Assembly: GCA_963727525.1 (NCBI GenBank)
Contig: CAVSGO010000007.1
Span: forward strand, 1,856,001 to 1,920,000
Direction of reading: 5' to 3'
DNA: 64,000 bases
Source: an uncultured bacterium
GTDB lineage: Bacteria > Krumholzibacteriota > Krumholzibacteriia > LZORAL124-64-63
The stretch's first letter is position 1. Every line of letters begins with the position of its first letter. Made by a program: the position numbers and the translations under genes. Of this stretch, positions 48,404 to 59,000 are shown piece after piece. Under the pieces are notes generated by a model, which worked only from the letters and a program-made list of their open reading frames with translations, ran no database searches and was not told the DNA's origin.

Positions 48404-49683
48404 CCTGGCGGCGCGAGGCGAAAGCCCTGGCGGTGGGGATCGGCGTCTTCGGGGCCCTGTATTTCCTGCCGGTGGATGCCCCACGCTTCGACGGCGCTGT
48501 GCACGAGGCGCTGGCCCTCACGCGCTGGTACGCGCGCGAGCACGTGCTGCTGTGCCTGGTGCCGGCGTTCTTCATCGCGGGGGCGATCTCCATCTTCGTG
48601 AGCCAGGCGTCGGTGATGCGGTACCTCGGCCCCACAGCGCCGAAGACCACGGCGTATGGCGTGGCCGCGGTGTCGGGTACCGTGCTCGCCGTTTGCTCTT
48701 GCACGGTGCTGCCACTCTTCGCGGGCATCTACGCCATGGGCGCCGGCATCGGCCCCGCGTCCACGTTCCTGTACTCCGGCCCCGCGATCAACGCGCTGGC
48801 CATCATCCTCACCGCCCGCGTGCTGGGCGCAGACATCGGCCTCGCACGCGCGATCGGTGCGGTGGTCTTCAGCGTGGTGATCGGGCTGCTGATGCACCTG
48901 GCGTTCCGGCGCGATCAGCGGGAACGACAGGCGGCGGCGTCGCTGCCCACCGAGGCGGCGCGTCCGCTCTACCAGACCGCGCTGACCTTCCTGGGCATGG
49001 TCGCCATCCTGGTGTTCGCCAACTGGGGTGGCGGTGGCACGGGGATCTTCGCCTCCATCCACGCCCTGAAGTGGTGGCTTGCCGGGGCCGGCGGCATGGG
49101 GCTTGGACTCGCCCTCGTCGTCTGGTACGGGCTGCCGCCATGGAAACCGATCGTGATCGCCGCGGCCGCAAGCGTCGCCAGTGTCTGGCCGGGCGGCCCC
49201 GTCGCCGCGTTCGCCACCGCCGCCGTGGTCTTCGCCTGGGCCATCGCCACCGAGAAGGGCGAGCTGGGCGAGTGGTTCGAAGCGAGCTGGGGCTTCGCCA
49301 AACAGATCCTGCCCCTGCTGCTGGCCGGCGTGCTCGTGGCCGGGCTGATGCTGGGACGCCCCGGTCACGAGGGGCTGATCCCGACGGGCTGGATCGCCCA
49401 CCTCGTGGGTGGCAACTCGCTCGGCGCCAATCTGTTCGCCGCGGTGTCGGGCGCATTCATGTACTTCGCGACGCTGACGGAGGTGCCCATCCTCGAGGGA
49501 CTCATCGGAGCGGGCATGGGCAAGGGGCCGGCCCTGACCCTGCTACTGGCAGGGCCGGCCGTTTCGTTACCGAGCATCCTGGTGTTGCGCACCATCATGG
49601 GCGGCCGCAAGACGCTGGTATTCATTGCGCTGGTCATCGTCCTGTCGGCGGTCACTGGCTTCATCTTCGGTCATCTGGTCTGA
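48400..49683 (+). CDS. permease (DUF318/ArsP-like)
   Basis: HVLLCLVPAFFIAG, LAVCSCTVLP, FLYSGPAIN, MYFATLTEVP, LLAGPAVSLP. Confidence 0.9.
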   Translation: MTWRREAKALAVGIGVFGALYFLPVDAPRFDGAVHEALALTRWYAREHVLLCLVPAFFIAGAISIFVSQASVMRYLGPTAPKTTAYGVAAVSGTVLAVCSCTVLPLFAGIYAMGAGIGPASTFLYSGPAINALAIILTARVLGADIGLARAIGAVVFSVVIGLLMHLAFRRDQRERQAAASLPTEAARPLYQTALTFLGMVAILVFANWGGGGTGIFASIHALKWWLAGAGGMGLGLALVVWYGLPPWKPIVIAAAASVASVWPGGPVAAFATAAVVFAWAIATEKGELGEWFEASWGFAKQILPLLLAGVLVAGLMLGRPGHEGLIPTGWIAHLVGGNSLGANLFAAVSGAFMYFATLTEVPILEGLIGAGMGKGPALTLLLAGPAVSLPSILVLRTIMGGRKTLVFIALVIVLSAVTGFIFGHLV

Positions 49684-49695
49684 GGGAGGCATGCC

Positions 49696-49926
49696 ATGGA
49701 TATCCGGATTCTCGGTACGGGTTGCACCAAGTGTCAAAAGCTCGAGGAAGAGACGCGGCAAGCCGCTGAGGAGATGGGCCTGGAGTGCACCATCGAGAAG
49801 GTTTCCGACCTGCCGAGCATCATGGGTTACGGCGTGATGATCACGCCGGCTCTGGTGGTCGACGGTAAGGTGAAAGTGGCCGGCAAGGTGCCGTCCCGCG
49901 AGGACATCAAGAAGCTGCTCGCGTAG
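49696..49926 (+). CDS. small redox-active disulfide protein (MTH895-type thioredoxin)
   Basis: ILGTGCTKC, YGVMITPALVVDG. Confidence 0.9.
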   Translation: MDIRILGTGCTKCQKLEEETRQAAEEMGLECTIEKVSDLPSIMGYGVMITPALVVDGKVKVAGKVPSREDIKKLLA

Positions 49927-49947
49927 CGGGAGCATTGGAGGAAACTC

Positions 49948-50379
49948 ATGGCTAGTCGTCGTACGTTACTCCGCCTTGCAACCGCCGTCGTCGTCTGCGG
50001 CGCGGCCATCGCCGTGTACCTGGTGCGTCCCGCTGCCGATGCCAACCAGGCACAGCCGAGCGATACTGCTGACGTGGCGGCCGTCACGTTACCCCGTCTG
50101 CTCGACCTCGGTGCCGACAAATGTGTCCCCTGCAAGATGATGGTGCCGGTTCTGGAAGGGCTGACGCATGACTTTGCCGAGGTCCTTTCGGTGAATTTCA
50201 TCGATGTCTGGAAGAACCCGGCCGCCGCCGAACCCTATGGCATCCGCGTCATCCCGACGCAGATCTTCTTCGCCGCGGACGGCACGGAACTGTTCCGACA
50301 CGAGGGATTCTTCTCGCGCGCGGACATCCTGGCCAAGTGGGGCGAACTCGGCGTGCCTCTCCCCGAACGCGGGGTGTGA
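49948..50379 (+). CDS. exported thioredoxin family protein
   Basis: N-terminal TM; DLGADKCVPCKMM, IPTQIF, RHEG. Confidence 0.88.
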   Translation: MASRRTLLRLATAVVVCGAAIAVYLVRPAADANQAQPSDTADVAAVTLPRLLDLGADKCVPCKMMVPVLEGLTHDFAEVLSVNFIDVWKNPAAAEPYGIRVIPTQIFFAADGTELFRHEGFFSRADILAKWGELGVPLPERGV

Positions 50380-50382
50380 CCC

Positions 50383-51081
50383 GTGGATCACGTCTTCGCA
50401 AGCCTGACGACGGCTGTCCAGGGCGCCCCCCAGGTCGCCCTCGCCGCGGCAATGGCGTGGGGCGTGCTGAGCATCGTGCTCAGTCCGTGCCACCTGGCCA
50501 GCATCCCTCTGATCGTGGGCTTCATCCAGGGACGCGATGAACAGGCGCCGGCGCGCGCCGCCTGGCTGGCGACCAACTTCGCCACCGGCATCCTCGTGAC
50601 CATCGCCATCGTCGGCGCCGCGACGGCAGCGGCGGGACGGTTGCTGGGCGATGTCGGGACGCTGGGCAATGTGTTCGTGGCCGCGGTTTTCATCGTCGTG
50701 GGGCTCGCGCTCCTGGATATCGTGCCACTCGCGTGGACGGCGCCGCGGACGTCCGGATTGCTCGGGCACGGCGCCGTGGCGGCATTCGTCCTGGGCCTGG
50801 TGTTCGGCATTGCCCTCGGACCGTGCACCTTCGCCTTCCTGGCGCCCATGCTGGCGGTGACATTCGCCGTCGCCGGCGCGACCCCGCTCTACGGGGCGGC
50901 GCTCCTGGCCGCCTACGGGATCGGCCATTGCCTGGTGATCGTGCTCGCCGGTTCGAGCGCCGCCTGGACACAGCGCGTGCTCGACTGGAACGCTGCCTCC
51001 GCCACCGGCAAGCGCCTCAAGCAGACGTGCGGCGTGCTAGTCATCCTGGCGGGACTATTCACGCTGTGGACGGCCCACTAG
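50383..51081 (+). CDS. ccdA: CcdA/DsbD-type transmembrane electron transporter
   Basis: LSPCHLASIP and LGPCT Cys-Pro motifs; 6 TM. Confidence 0.88.
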   Translation: MDHVFASLTTAVQGAPQVALAAAMAWGVLSIVLSPCHLASIPLIVGFIQGRDEQAPARAAWLATNFATGILVTIAIVGAATAAAGRLLGDVGTLGNVFVAAVFIVVGLALLDIVPLAWTAPRTSGLLGHGAVAAFVLGLVFGIALGPCTFAFLAPMLAVTFAVAGATPLYGAALLAAYGIGHCLVIVLAGSSAAWTQRVLDWNAASATGKRLKQTCGVLVILAGLFTLWTAH

Positions 51082-51137
51082 GAGCGCATCCGCGGCGCCG
51101 ACATGCCGCGGCTGGTTCCCCGCCCGGCCGTTCCCTA

Positions 51138-52829
51138 TCATTTCAAGAGGACCATCCGGCGCGACTGCACCTCGCCGCCGATATCGAGGCGAGCGATGTA
51201 GGTGCCCGAGGCGACGTGCCGGCCCGCGTCGGTGTCGCCGGGCCAGGTGAGCTCGTGGCGACCGGCGCTGCGAGTCTCGTTCGCGACCAGCGTCCGGACG
51301 ACGCGTCCGGCCAGATCATGGATCCGCAGGCTCACCGTCGCCAACCGCGGCAGGTCGTAGGCGATGGTCGTGGCCGGATTGAAGGGGTTTGGGTAGTTCG
51401 GCCACAGCACGGCCTGCGCCGATTGCGGCGAGATCGCGGGCACGCCGGTCGCGCTGGGTATCGTGACCTTGGCGACGTAGACGTCGGCCGGTACACCGAT
51501 CGCGCCGGTGAAATATACCTCGGTCGGGCTGGCCGCGAACACGCCGTGGCCCGAGTTGTACGAGCCCGAGTGCGTGAACACCGTGAAGTTCAGATCGTGG
51601 CCCACCGGCGAGAGCCGCGACAGGAAAATCGCGCCGGCCACCGGGTCGAGACCCGGGAAATCGCTGGAAACCGTGTACCCGACGACGTAGGCGGATCCGT
51701 TCTGGTCGACAGCGATGGCCCGGGCCTGATCGATGCTGGTACCGCCCAGGAAGGTACTGTAGACGAGCGTGCCGGCCGCAGGGTCCAGACGCGAGACGAA
51801 ACCGTCATCGCAGTTGACCGGGTGGCCGGGGAAGCCCTCCACACAGGCGTTGATGCCGCCGACGAAATCCGGTTGGAAGGCATCTGGCGTGGTGGGGAAA
51901 TCGATCGCCCGGGTCGAGCCCGCGACATAGATATCGCCGTCCGGCCCGGCCGCGACGCCCCACAGGTCGTCGCTGTTGCCACCGCCGAAGTAGGTGCTGA
52001 ACGCCAGGGTCTGGCCGTCGGCCGACATCTCGGACACGAAGAGGCCGTCGGCGCTCGTATGGACCGCATTCACCAGCGGGAAGTCGTCCGAGGTGGTGCG
52101 ACCCGCGAAGACGATGGCGCCGTCGGCCGTGAGCGCCACGCCGACCGGATACTCGTCCTTGAAACCGCCGAAGTAGGTGGAGTAGAGGACGGTCTCAGCC
52201 TCCGCGTCGAGCCGCATGATGAAGACGTCGGTGTAGATGTATAGCGGCGCGCTCGGTTCGCCCTGGTAGGCGTCGGGCGTGGTCGGGAAATCCGTCGACC
52301 CGGTCTGGCCGACCAGGATGATTTCGCCGGCCGCATCGAGCGCAATGCCGACGGCGGTGTCGGTGTAGTCGCCGCCGATCTTCTTGCTCCACAGCGTCGT
52401 GCCGTCCGCGGTGGCGATTTTCATGACGAAGGCGTCGCGGAAGTGGATGCCGCCGATGGGGGCGCCGGTGGTGGGGAAGTCGTCCGAGTCGGTCCAACCG
52501 GCGATCAGCAGACCACCCTGCCCATCCAGAACCAGGTCCTCCGCATAGTCGTGATCGTTCCCCGCGATCGTCCGGGTCCAGATCTCCTGGCCCGTGGGGT
52601 CGAGCTTGACGACGATGATGTTGTTTTCCTGATGGCTACCGATCCAGCGGCCGAATACGTAAGCGTTGCCGGCGTTGTCGGCGACCATGCCGCGTCCGGA
52701 AGCCAGGAGATGGCCGGGGACGACGGTCTCGTAGGCGAAGGTGGGAGCCTCGGCCCGTGCGGCCGACGCCGCCAGGATGAGGGCCAGGAAAGACATGGCG
52801 AATACGGGTCGCAAAGCGCGTATCATCAT
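51138..52829 (-). CDS. secreted SBBP-repeat beta-propeller protein with FlgD-like tail
   Basis: Repeated YST.FGG..D....IA.D..G..Y..G.T.S.DFP; PNPFNP tail. Confidence 0.87.
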   Translation of the reverse strand: MMIRALRPVFAMSFLALILAASAARAEAPTFAYETVVPGHLLASGRGMVADNAGNAYVFGRWIGSHQENNIIVVKLDPTGQEIWTRTIAGNDHDYAEDLVLDGQGGLLIAGWTDSDDFPTTGAPIGGIHFRDAFVMKIATADGTTLWSKKIGGDYTDTAVGIALDAAGEIILVGQTGSTDFPTTPDAYQGEPSAPLYIYTDVFIMRLDAEAETVLYSTYFGGFKDEYPVGVALTADGAIVFAGRTTSDDFPLVNAVHTSADGLFVSEMSADGQTLAFSTYFGGGNSDDLWGVAAGPDGDIYVAGSTRAIDFPTTPDAFQPDFVGGINACVEGFPGHPVNCDDGFVSRLDPAAGTLVYSTFLGGTSIDQARAIAVDQNGSAYVVGYTVSSDFPGLDPVAGAIFLSRLSPVGHDLNFTVFTHSGSYNSGHGVFAASPTEVYFTGAIGVPADVYVAKVTIPSATGVPAISPQSAQAVLWPNYPNPFNPATTIAYDLPRLATVSLRIHDLAGRVVRTLVANETRSAGRHELTWPGDTDAGRHVASGTYIARLDIGGEVQSRRMVLLK

Positions 52830-53105
52830 GGATCTCCTTCTGGACAGCAGCGGCACCATCCTCTCTGAATCATTATTTTCACGATGGCAACGTGGCGACG
52901 AAACACCGCCCCACCCCCGTTTCGGACCACGTGCTCTTGTGATACGAATGCGACGAGGCTGGCGTGACAGATTGCGTCACCCACGGAACGCGGCTCGGCT
53001 CCCACACGCCTGGTGCCGGCACCACCGCTCCTGACGATGCCACCTCAGCATCAAGACCTGTGCGGTGGTGCAGCGCCTCGAAAACGAGCTGAGGGGCGCC
53101 GGAAC

Positions 53106-54608
53106 CTAACGCAGTTTCACCACCTTGGCGACGGCCCCCGGCCCCGTGACGCCTCGCCACTGCGCGAGGTAGGTGCCAGATGCCACCGTGGCGCCAAAGC
53201 GATCGCGCCCGTCCCATACCAGCGACTGCGCACCGATCGACGGTGCGAACTGCCGGACGAGGCGGCCGGCCACGTCGAAGATAGCGACGGTCTCGCCGCG
53301 CGCGAAGGGCCGCGAGGCACGCAGCCGGGTCGTCGACGAGGTGAGGTTCGGCATCGCGACGAGCGTGGGGGCGCCGAGCGCCCGGTCGTCGGGTGCGAGC
53401 ACGCCCGTGAGCGTGCCACTGTCCTGCCAGTCGGCGAACCACGTGATGTCCAGGAGCGGTTCCTCGGCGAGGAACGGGGCATTCGCCTCCAGCCGGAAAC
53501 TGATTTCGAGCCGGTTCTGCGGGAGTCCGCCAGCGTCGGACACCTGTACCTGCACATCCGTGAACGCGTAGTCCTGCACGGGATCGGCTGCGATGGCGAA
53601 CCGCATGAGCGACGTGCCGCGCGCCAGGCCGCTGTTGTCGGTGAGCGTGACGCCGGTCGCCACGGTGACGTCGGTGGGGCCGTGGATCGGATCGGGCGGA
53701 TAGGTGATGGACGGCGTCCAGCCGTCGCCGGGCATGAGGTCCATCGTGAGGCGGAAGTTGACGTTCCCCGGTTCGACGAAATCGAGCCAGGCGAGGTTCG
53801 AACGCACCAGGGCGCCACCGTGGAACTCCTCGCGCACGAGGTTCGCCGAAGCCTCGGGCACGTAGCCACCGTTGTCCACGTCCTCGAACACAAGGCCAAC
53901 GTGGTAGAGCGCCAAATCAGAGGGATCGAAGGTTGTCCAAGTCAACGGTGGCGATGGAATGGGCGGCACCATGGTGGCCACGAACTCGCGCGTGATGTCG
54001 GCAATGATCGCGTCCGAGCGTAGCAATCGGATGTCGGTGACCTCGAAGGTTGCGTCGTCTCCATTGGAAACGAGGCGCACACCCAGAAGGGTAGCCGCGG
54101 TTGGATCGACGGTGTCCGCGCAGAAGTCGAGAGGCCAGGACACGACGCCAGGACCGGCATCCGGGAATCGTTCGTTGGCGCAGACGGTGTTGTCGTCGCC
54201 GATGTAGAACGAAAAGAACGCGTCCGGCGACACATTCCGGTAGGCCACCTCGACGCGATCGTACAGACCGTTCTCGGTGACGTCGAACGGGAGGCCCCAG
54301 TCGAAGCCGATATTTACGTATCCACCGCCGACGAAGGTCGCCTCCAGGGCGTCATCGGCACCACTCAGCGCAAGTTGCACGGCGATGTTATCGGACCCGG
54401 TAGCCGGCTGCAGCTTGATCCTCCTGGTCATGTCATACATATGGCCTGCGTAATCGGCGACCGTCACGGTGTGCTGCTGATAACCGCCGGTGGTCTGGAA
54501 AAAGAACGGGCCGACCTCGAAGTCGTCGACGGGCTTCAGTGCGGCGGCGGGCGAGGCGAGAATCAGGATCGCGAGCATGGACAGACATGGCGTCATGAAT
54601 CGATGCAT
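53106..54608 (-). CDS. secreted protein with divergent FlgD-like tail
   Basis: GGAGG RBS, signal peptide, tail IFDVAGRLVR..WDGRD..VASGTY..KVVKLR. Confidence 0.78.
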   Translation of the reverse strand: MHRFMTPCLSMLAILILASPAAALKPVDDFEVGPFFFQTTGGYQQHTVTVADYAGHMYDMTRRIKLQPATGSDNIAVQLALSGADDALEATFVGGGYVNIGFDWGLPFDVTENGLYDRVEVAYRNVSPDAFFSFYIGDDNTVCANERFPDAGPGVVSWPLDFCADTVDPTAATLLGVRLVSNGDDATFEVTDIRLLRSDAIIADITREFVATMVPPIPSPPLTWTTFDPSDLALYHVGLVFEDVDNGGYVPEASANLVREEFHGGALVRSNLAWLDFVEPGNVNFRLTMDLMPGDGWTPSITYPPDPIHGPTDVTVATGVTLTDNSGLARGTSLMRFAIAADPVQDYAFTDVQVQVSDAGGLPQNRLEISFRLEANAPFLAEEPLLDITWFADWQDSGTLTGVLAPDDRALGAPTLVAMPNLTSSTTRLRASRPFARGETVAIFDVAGRLVRQFAPSIGAQSLVWDGRDRFGATVASGTYLAQWRGVTGPGAVAKVVKLR

Positions 54609-54723
54609 GAGGCACCTCCTCTGGATAGGGGAGATTTTATCTCTATTTTCGACGAAGGCCGACCAAAATCTTCCGGCTCGCGAGGCCGGCGGCAAGAGGG
54701 TGAGTCTCCGCACGAAAACGGTT

Positions 54724-55946
54724 GTGCCAAGAAGAATGTTGACGAGGCTTCGCACCGAGATCTCGCCCGCTAGGCCCGACTTTCTCACTACGCGGCGTAC
54801 GTCAGCTTGTGCCTCCGGTTCACCTTCAATGGCCGCGTCTCGACCCGTCGCCAGTAGTAGTCATCCCACAACGGCGGCAACTCGATATGCGACACGAACA
54901 GCCGCCGCGACAACACCTCCTCCTCGGTCAGGGGCTTCGTGGCGATCCCGATCTGCATCGCCGGCGTGCTCCAGCACCGCTTCTCCCGACGCAACTTGAT
55001 CGTGTTGCGCCACACCAGGAAGATCGCCAGCCGGTAGATCGAATGCTGCCGTCGCTTCCCGAACGCGATCGTCTCCCGCGTGTGGTCTTTCAGACAATGC
55101 CGCAGCAACATGTCCAGCAAGTTGACCTCGAACAACGGGTTGCGACTCGTCCGCGGCTCACGGGAGTCGATCGTCTCGTGGATCACCTTGCAATACCGTA
55201 GCTTCGCGATCGCGTAGGGATAGGTCTTGTGCTTGTCGCTCCAGATGTGGGCCTCGGTGGCGCCGTCGAGCGAGACCGAGAGCACCTCGAGCAGCGCCCG
55301 CATCAACGACCTGGGGTCCGGCCGGCCATAGTTTTGTTCAAAGAGGGACCGTTTCCATTTCTGCTCGTCGGTCATCGCCCCGCTGCGTCGCCGCTCGGCC
55401 TCGGCGAAGTGGATGATGAAGCTGGAGGGGCGATCGACGGCCGTGACGATCTCGTAGGGGAAGTACTGGGAGTGCTCGAAGGTGACGAGCCCGTCGATGG
55501 CAATGTCCACGAAGGGTGACGCCTGGGACACCAGGTGTCGATGGAAGAGAATGCAGTGTCGGCCGAGGCGAGCGAGGAGGTTGTCGACGGTCGTCGGCGA
55601 GGTGTCGAGGAGCCTGGCGATCTGGCGGTTGGCGGCGCCAGAGACGGCGTGCTTGTGGACCTTGGGCAGGAGATCGGCGCGTTTGAGCCAGTATGTGGTG
55701 CGGAAGGTCTGGTCTGAGCAGGTTCTGCCGCAGGCCAGGCAGAGGTAGCGTTGGACGGTGTAGGGTGGGGATTTTCGGGAGAAGGTGCCGAAGAGCGCGA
55801 AGGGCCAGGGTTGCGGCTGAGGCTTGTGGTATTTGCAGTTAGGGTTGGAGCAGTGGGGAGGAAGCGAGGGGCATGAAGTGAGTGTTTTGGTGTTCATGAG
55901 GACGGGTCCAGGCAAGCGCTGGACCCGTCAACATTCTTCGTGGCAC
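54724..55946 (-). mobile_element. insertion sequence copy 2 (1223 bp), inverted relative to copy 1
   Basis: Same IRs; GTT (AAC) on both flanks; intergenic. Confidence 0.9.
54788..55915 (-). CDS. transposase, near-identical to 27945-29072
   Basis: 375 aa with only a few substitutions (e.g. HTRET vs HTRGT). Confidence 0.85.
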   Translation of the reverse strand: MPGPVLMNTKTLTSCPSLPPHCSNPNCKYHKPQPQPWPFALFGTFSRKSPPYTVQRYLCLACGRTCSDQTFRTTYWLKRADLLPKVHKHAVSGAANRQIARLLDTSPTTVDNLLARLGRHCILFHRHLVSQASPFVDIAIDGLVTFEHSQYFPYEIVTAVDRPSSFIIHFAEAERRRSGAMTDEQKWKRSLFEQNYGRPDPRSLMRALLEVLSVSLDGATEAHIWSDKHKTYPYAIAKLRYCKVIHETIDSREPRTSRNPLFEVNLLDMLLRHCLKDHTRETIAFGKRRQHSIYRLAIFLVWRNTIKLRREKRCWSTPAMQIGIATKPLTEEEVLSRRLFVSHIELPPLWDDYYWRRVETRPLKVNRRHKLTYAA

Positions 55947-55958
55947 GTTATAGGAAAA

Positions 55959-55986
55959 CGAGGCCCCGGCAATTGCCGGGGCCTCG
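55959..55986 (-). terminator. intrinsic terminator after the C1 peptidase gene
   Basis: Perfect palindrome CGAGGCCCCGGCAATTGCCGGGGCCTCG followed by TTTT on the minus strand. Confidence 0.75.
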
Positions 55987-56010
55987 ATCACGTCCACTCC
56001 TGGAGTACCG

Positions 56011-59000
56011 CTACTTCGCCAGCACCGCCTTCGCCGCGGCCACGTGCTGGCCATCGTCGAGGCGTACGAGGTAGATGCCTGCGGCGGCGGCGCGGCCGCC
56101 GGCGTCAGTGCCGTCCCACACGGCCTGGTGCGAACCCGCGGCCATGTCGCCGTCGAGAAGGTCGCGCACGAGGTGGCCGCGCAGGTCGTAGATGCGCAAC
56201 GACACGTGGCCGGCGCGCGGCACGTCGAAAGCGACGGTCGTGCGGGGGTTGAAGGGGTTGGGCACCACGCCGTTGATGGCCAGGGCGCGGGGCAGGGCGT
56301 CATCGGGCACGGGCACCGAGCTGCCGTCGGTGACCAGGCGGGCGCTGTAACCACCCACGTGGCCCGCCGCATCCTCGGCGACCACCAGGTAGTAGCAGCC
56401 GGCGAAGGCGGGCGTGTCGACCACCTCATGGTCGGGCGCCGTCACCATGGCCGCCACGTGGTTGGCGCCCGGCACGAAGACGGACGCGGTGTCGCAGTAC
56501 ACGACGTAGCGCGACACATCCGTGGCCGGTGAGGCATCCCAGCTCACGCGCCAGGAGCCGGCGCCGAGGTCGGTGAGGTGCGCACCAGTGATCGGCGGCG
56601 GAGCCACCGTCGCCGCGGCCGGGCCGCCAAAGACGCCGCGATCGGCCGGCGAGCCGTCGGTGTCGTTGCACGCCGGGTCGGGATCACCACTATCCACGGC
56701 GGGCGAGTGCAGTCCGAGGGCGTAGTCGCCGCCGGCAGCGTCGGCGAAGCGCGGATCGGCCACCATGTCGTGTGCGCCCATGGCGGACAGGAAATCGAGT
56801 GGGGAGTTCTGCCAGGCGAGGTTGTAGTCGCTCGTGGCGGACGCACCGGTGATCATGAGGCCGCCGCCGGAGTTGGCGGTAACGATGTTGTTGCGCGCGA
56901 CGAATGCGCCCGACGTGAACACCATGGCGCCACCCACGTTCTGCGTCGCGGCGTTCTCCATGATCACGCAGTTCTCCAGGGCACCGCCCGTGGTGCCGGT
57001 GGACATGATGCCGCCGCCGAGGCCGGTCGTGCTGTTGCCGGCGATGAGCAGATTACGCAGAGTGAAGGCGCCGTCCTCGACGAAGAGCCCTCCCCCATGC
57101 CCACCAAAGCTGATGTTCTGTGCCCAGCGGCCACCCGTCGCCGCGAGGTCGCCGGCGCTCTCGTGCACCGCACCACCGCCGAGGCGGGAGCGATTGGCCA
57201 CGAGGTCGCAATCTTCGAGAACGAACTGAGCCCCGTCGGCCACGTCGATGGCGCCCCCCATGCCCGCACCGTTGCCCTGGAGCGCGCAACCGCGCAGTGT
57301 CGCGGTACCGCCGCCGATATAGACAGCGCCGCCAAGGTACGTGCCGGTGCTGTCGGACGTGGCGTTGCCAGTGAAGGTGCAATCCTCGATCACGGCGCCC
57401 GCGGACTGAGACACGGCGAGCGCCCCGCCCAGCGAACCGATATTGCCAGTGAAGGTGCAGTTCGAGACCACCGGCGCGCCGCCGTGCAGCAGCACGGCGC
57501 CACCCCAGCCCGGTTCGGTCGTGGGATTGGCCCGGTTGTTCACGAAGGTACAGTCGGTGATGCGCGGCGACGCGTTCAGGGCGACGATGGCAGCGCCGTG
57601 GCGCCCGATCACCGGCACCGAGGTGTTGGAGGCGGTGCAGTCGTGGAAGATGATGTCACTCACGCCACAGTGCTCTTGCGCGTCGGAGCTGAAGCGCAAG
57701 GCGCCGCTCACGCTGCGCAGATTGGTCGGCGTGGCGGCCGGATCGTGTACCGTGAAATTGGCGTTCCAGCCACCCTCGAGGAGGCACTGGGAATTCACGG
57801 CGACGCTCTCGAAGTAGTCGCCACCCGCGATCTTCACGGTGTCGCGGCCCGCGCCCGCGAGCACGCCGTCGGCGATGGCGTGGGCGGCTTTCGCCGGCGT
57901 GTCGTACGGGAACGTGTTACTGCCGGACGCGGATACGTAACGCGTCTGGTGTCCGACCACAGTCATTCCCGACGAGAGCAGTGCGTAGCCCTGCTGCGTG
58001 CCCTCGCTCGGGAACACCAGGAAGGTGGCACGCGAGGTCGAGACGTTGGGAAGCGTCCAGGTATAGGTACCCTGCGACGCGGGCACATTCTCCGCCACGA
58101 GCGTGTCGCCGCACCACCCGTCGGCGCCGAACCAGATGTCGACGGAGTTCACGGGATCGCCGAAGACCGACCAGCCGACCGTCACCGGCGTACCGCCATA
58201 CTGAAGTTCTGCCGGATTCGGCGACGTCATGCGCACATCCGTGGGCGGTGGCGTGTACTGCAGCGCGGTGACGCTGGTGCCGATGCTCAGGGCTCCGTAC
58301 CTCACGTAACCGAAGCCGGAGTCACCCCAGCCCGGTCCCCACGAGTTCTTGATGATCCACGCGCCCTGGTAGTCGCAAGCGCGGTCGTCCCAGCCGACGA
58401 TGAGCACGAGATGGTTGGTGCCGTGCCCCACGCCGTCGATGCAACCGCCGCCGCTGTATCCCTCGAATTCTCCGCTCGCGTCGATGCCCGTGCACACGGG
58501 CCCTTCCAGCACGGCTTCCTTGATCTGCGCGACGTCGTTCGCCACGCTGTACCAGCTGTCGAGCGTGGTGAATTTGTGGTAGGCGTCGGCCGTGCAGGGT
58601 ACGAAGTCACTGCCCTCGTACGGCATGCAGTCCTCGGTGACACCACCCTGGTGCTGGAACACCCAGTAGGCGGAACCGGCCCAGCCGCCGCCGCAGCCGG
58701 CCCCGTAGGGATTGCAGGAGATGACCTGCTGCTCGGACAGGTTCATGATCCGGTTGTTGTAGTAGATCCGGATCTTCGCTTCCATCTCACCGGTTGCCGC
58801 GAAGGCCCAGCAGGAGCCACAGCTCCCTTGGTCCTTGGCGGGCGTAACGCCGTCGAGCAGGCGCCAGTCGAACACCACCGGCAGATCCACCTTGTCGACC
58901 GGGAAGATACGCAGGTGCTCGCGCTGGATCCTGTCCCAGTCGGGCGGCGGCACGTAGCCGCGGCCGTGGGTCTCGGCCTGCGCCGCCACGGGCGCCAGCA

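Noticed and set aside
29140-54720. Composite transposon carrying the intervening DNA
   Set aside because: The interval holds core-type genes (porCDAB) and there is no unique outer duplication; independent insertions are simpler.
54609-54788. N-terminal extension of the 53106 ORF in the track
   Set aside because: It runs into the IS end; ATG 54608 has an RBS and a signal peptide.
54714-55960. GAAAACG on both sides of IS copy 2 as a 7-bp target duplication
   Set aside because: The copies are not symmetric about the IRs, and copy 1 has no equivalent; the AAC/GTT repeat abuts the IRs in both copies.
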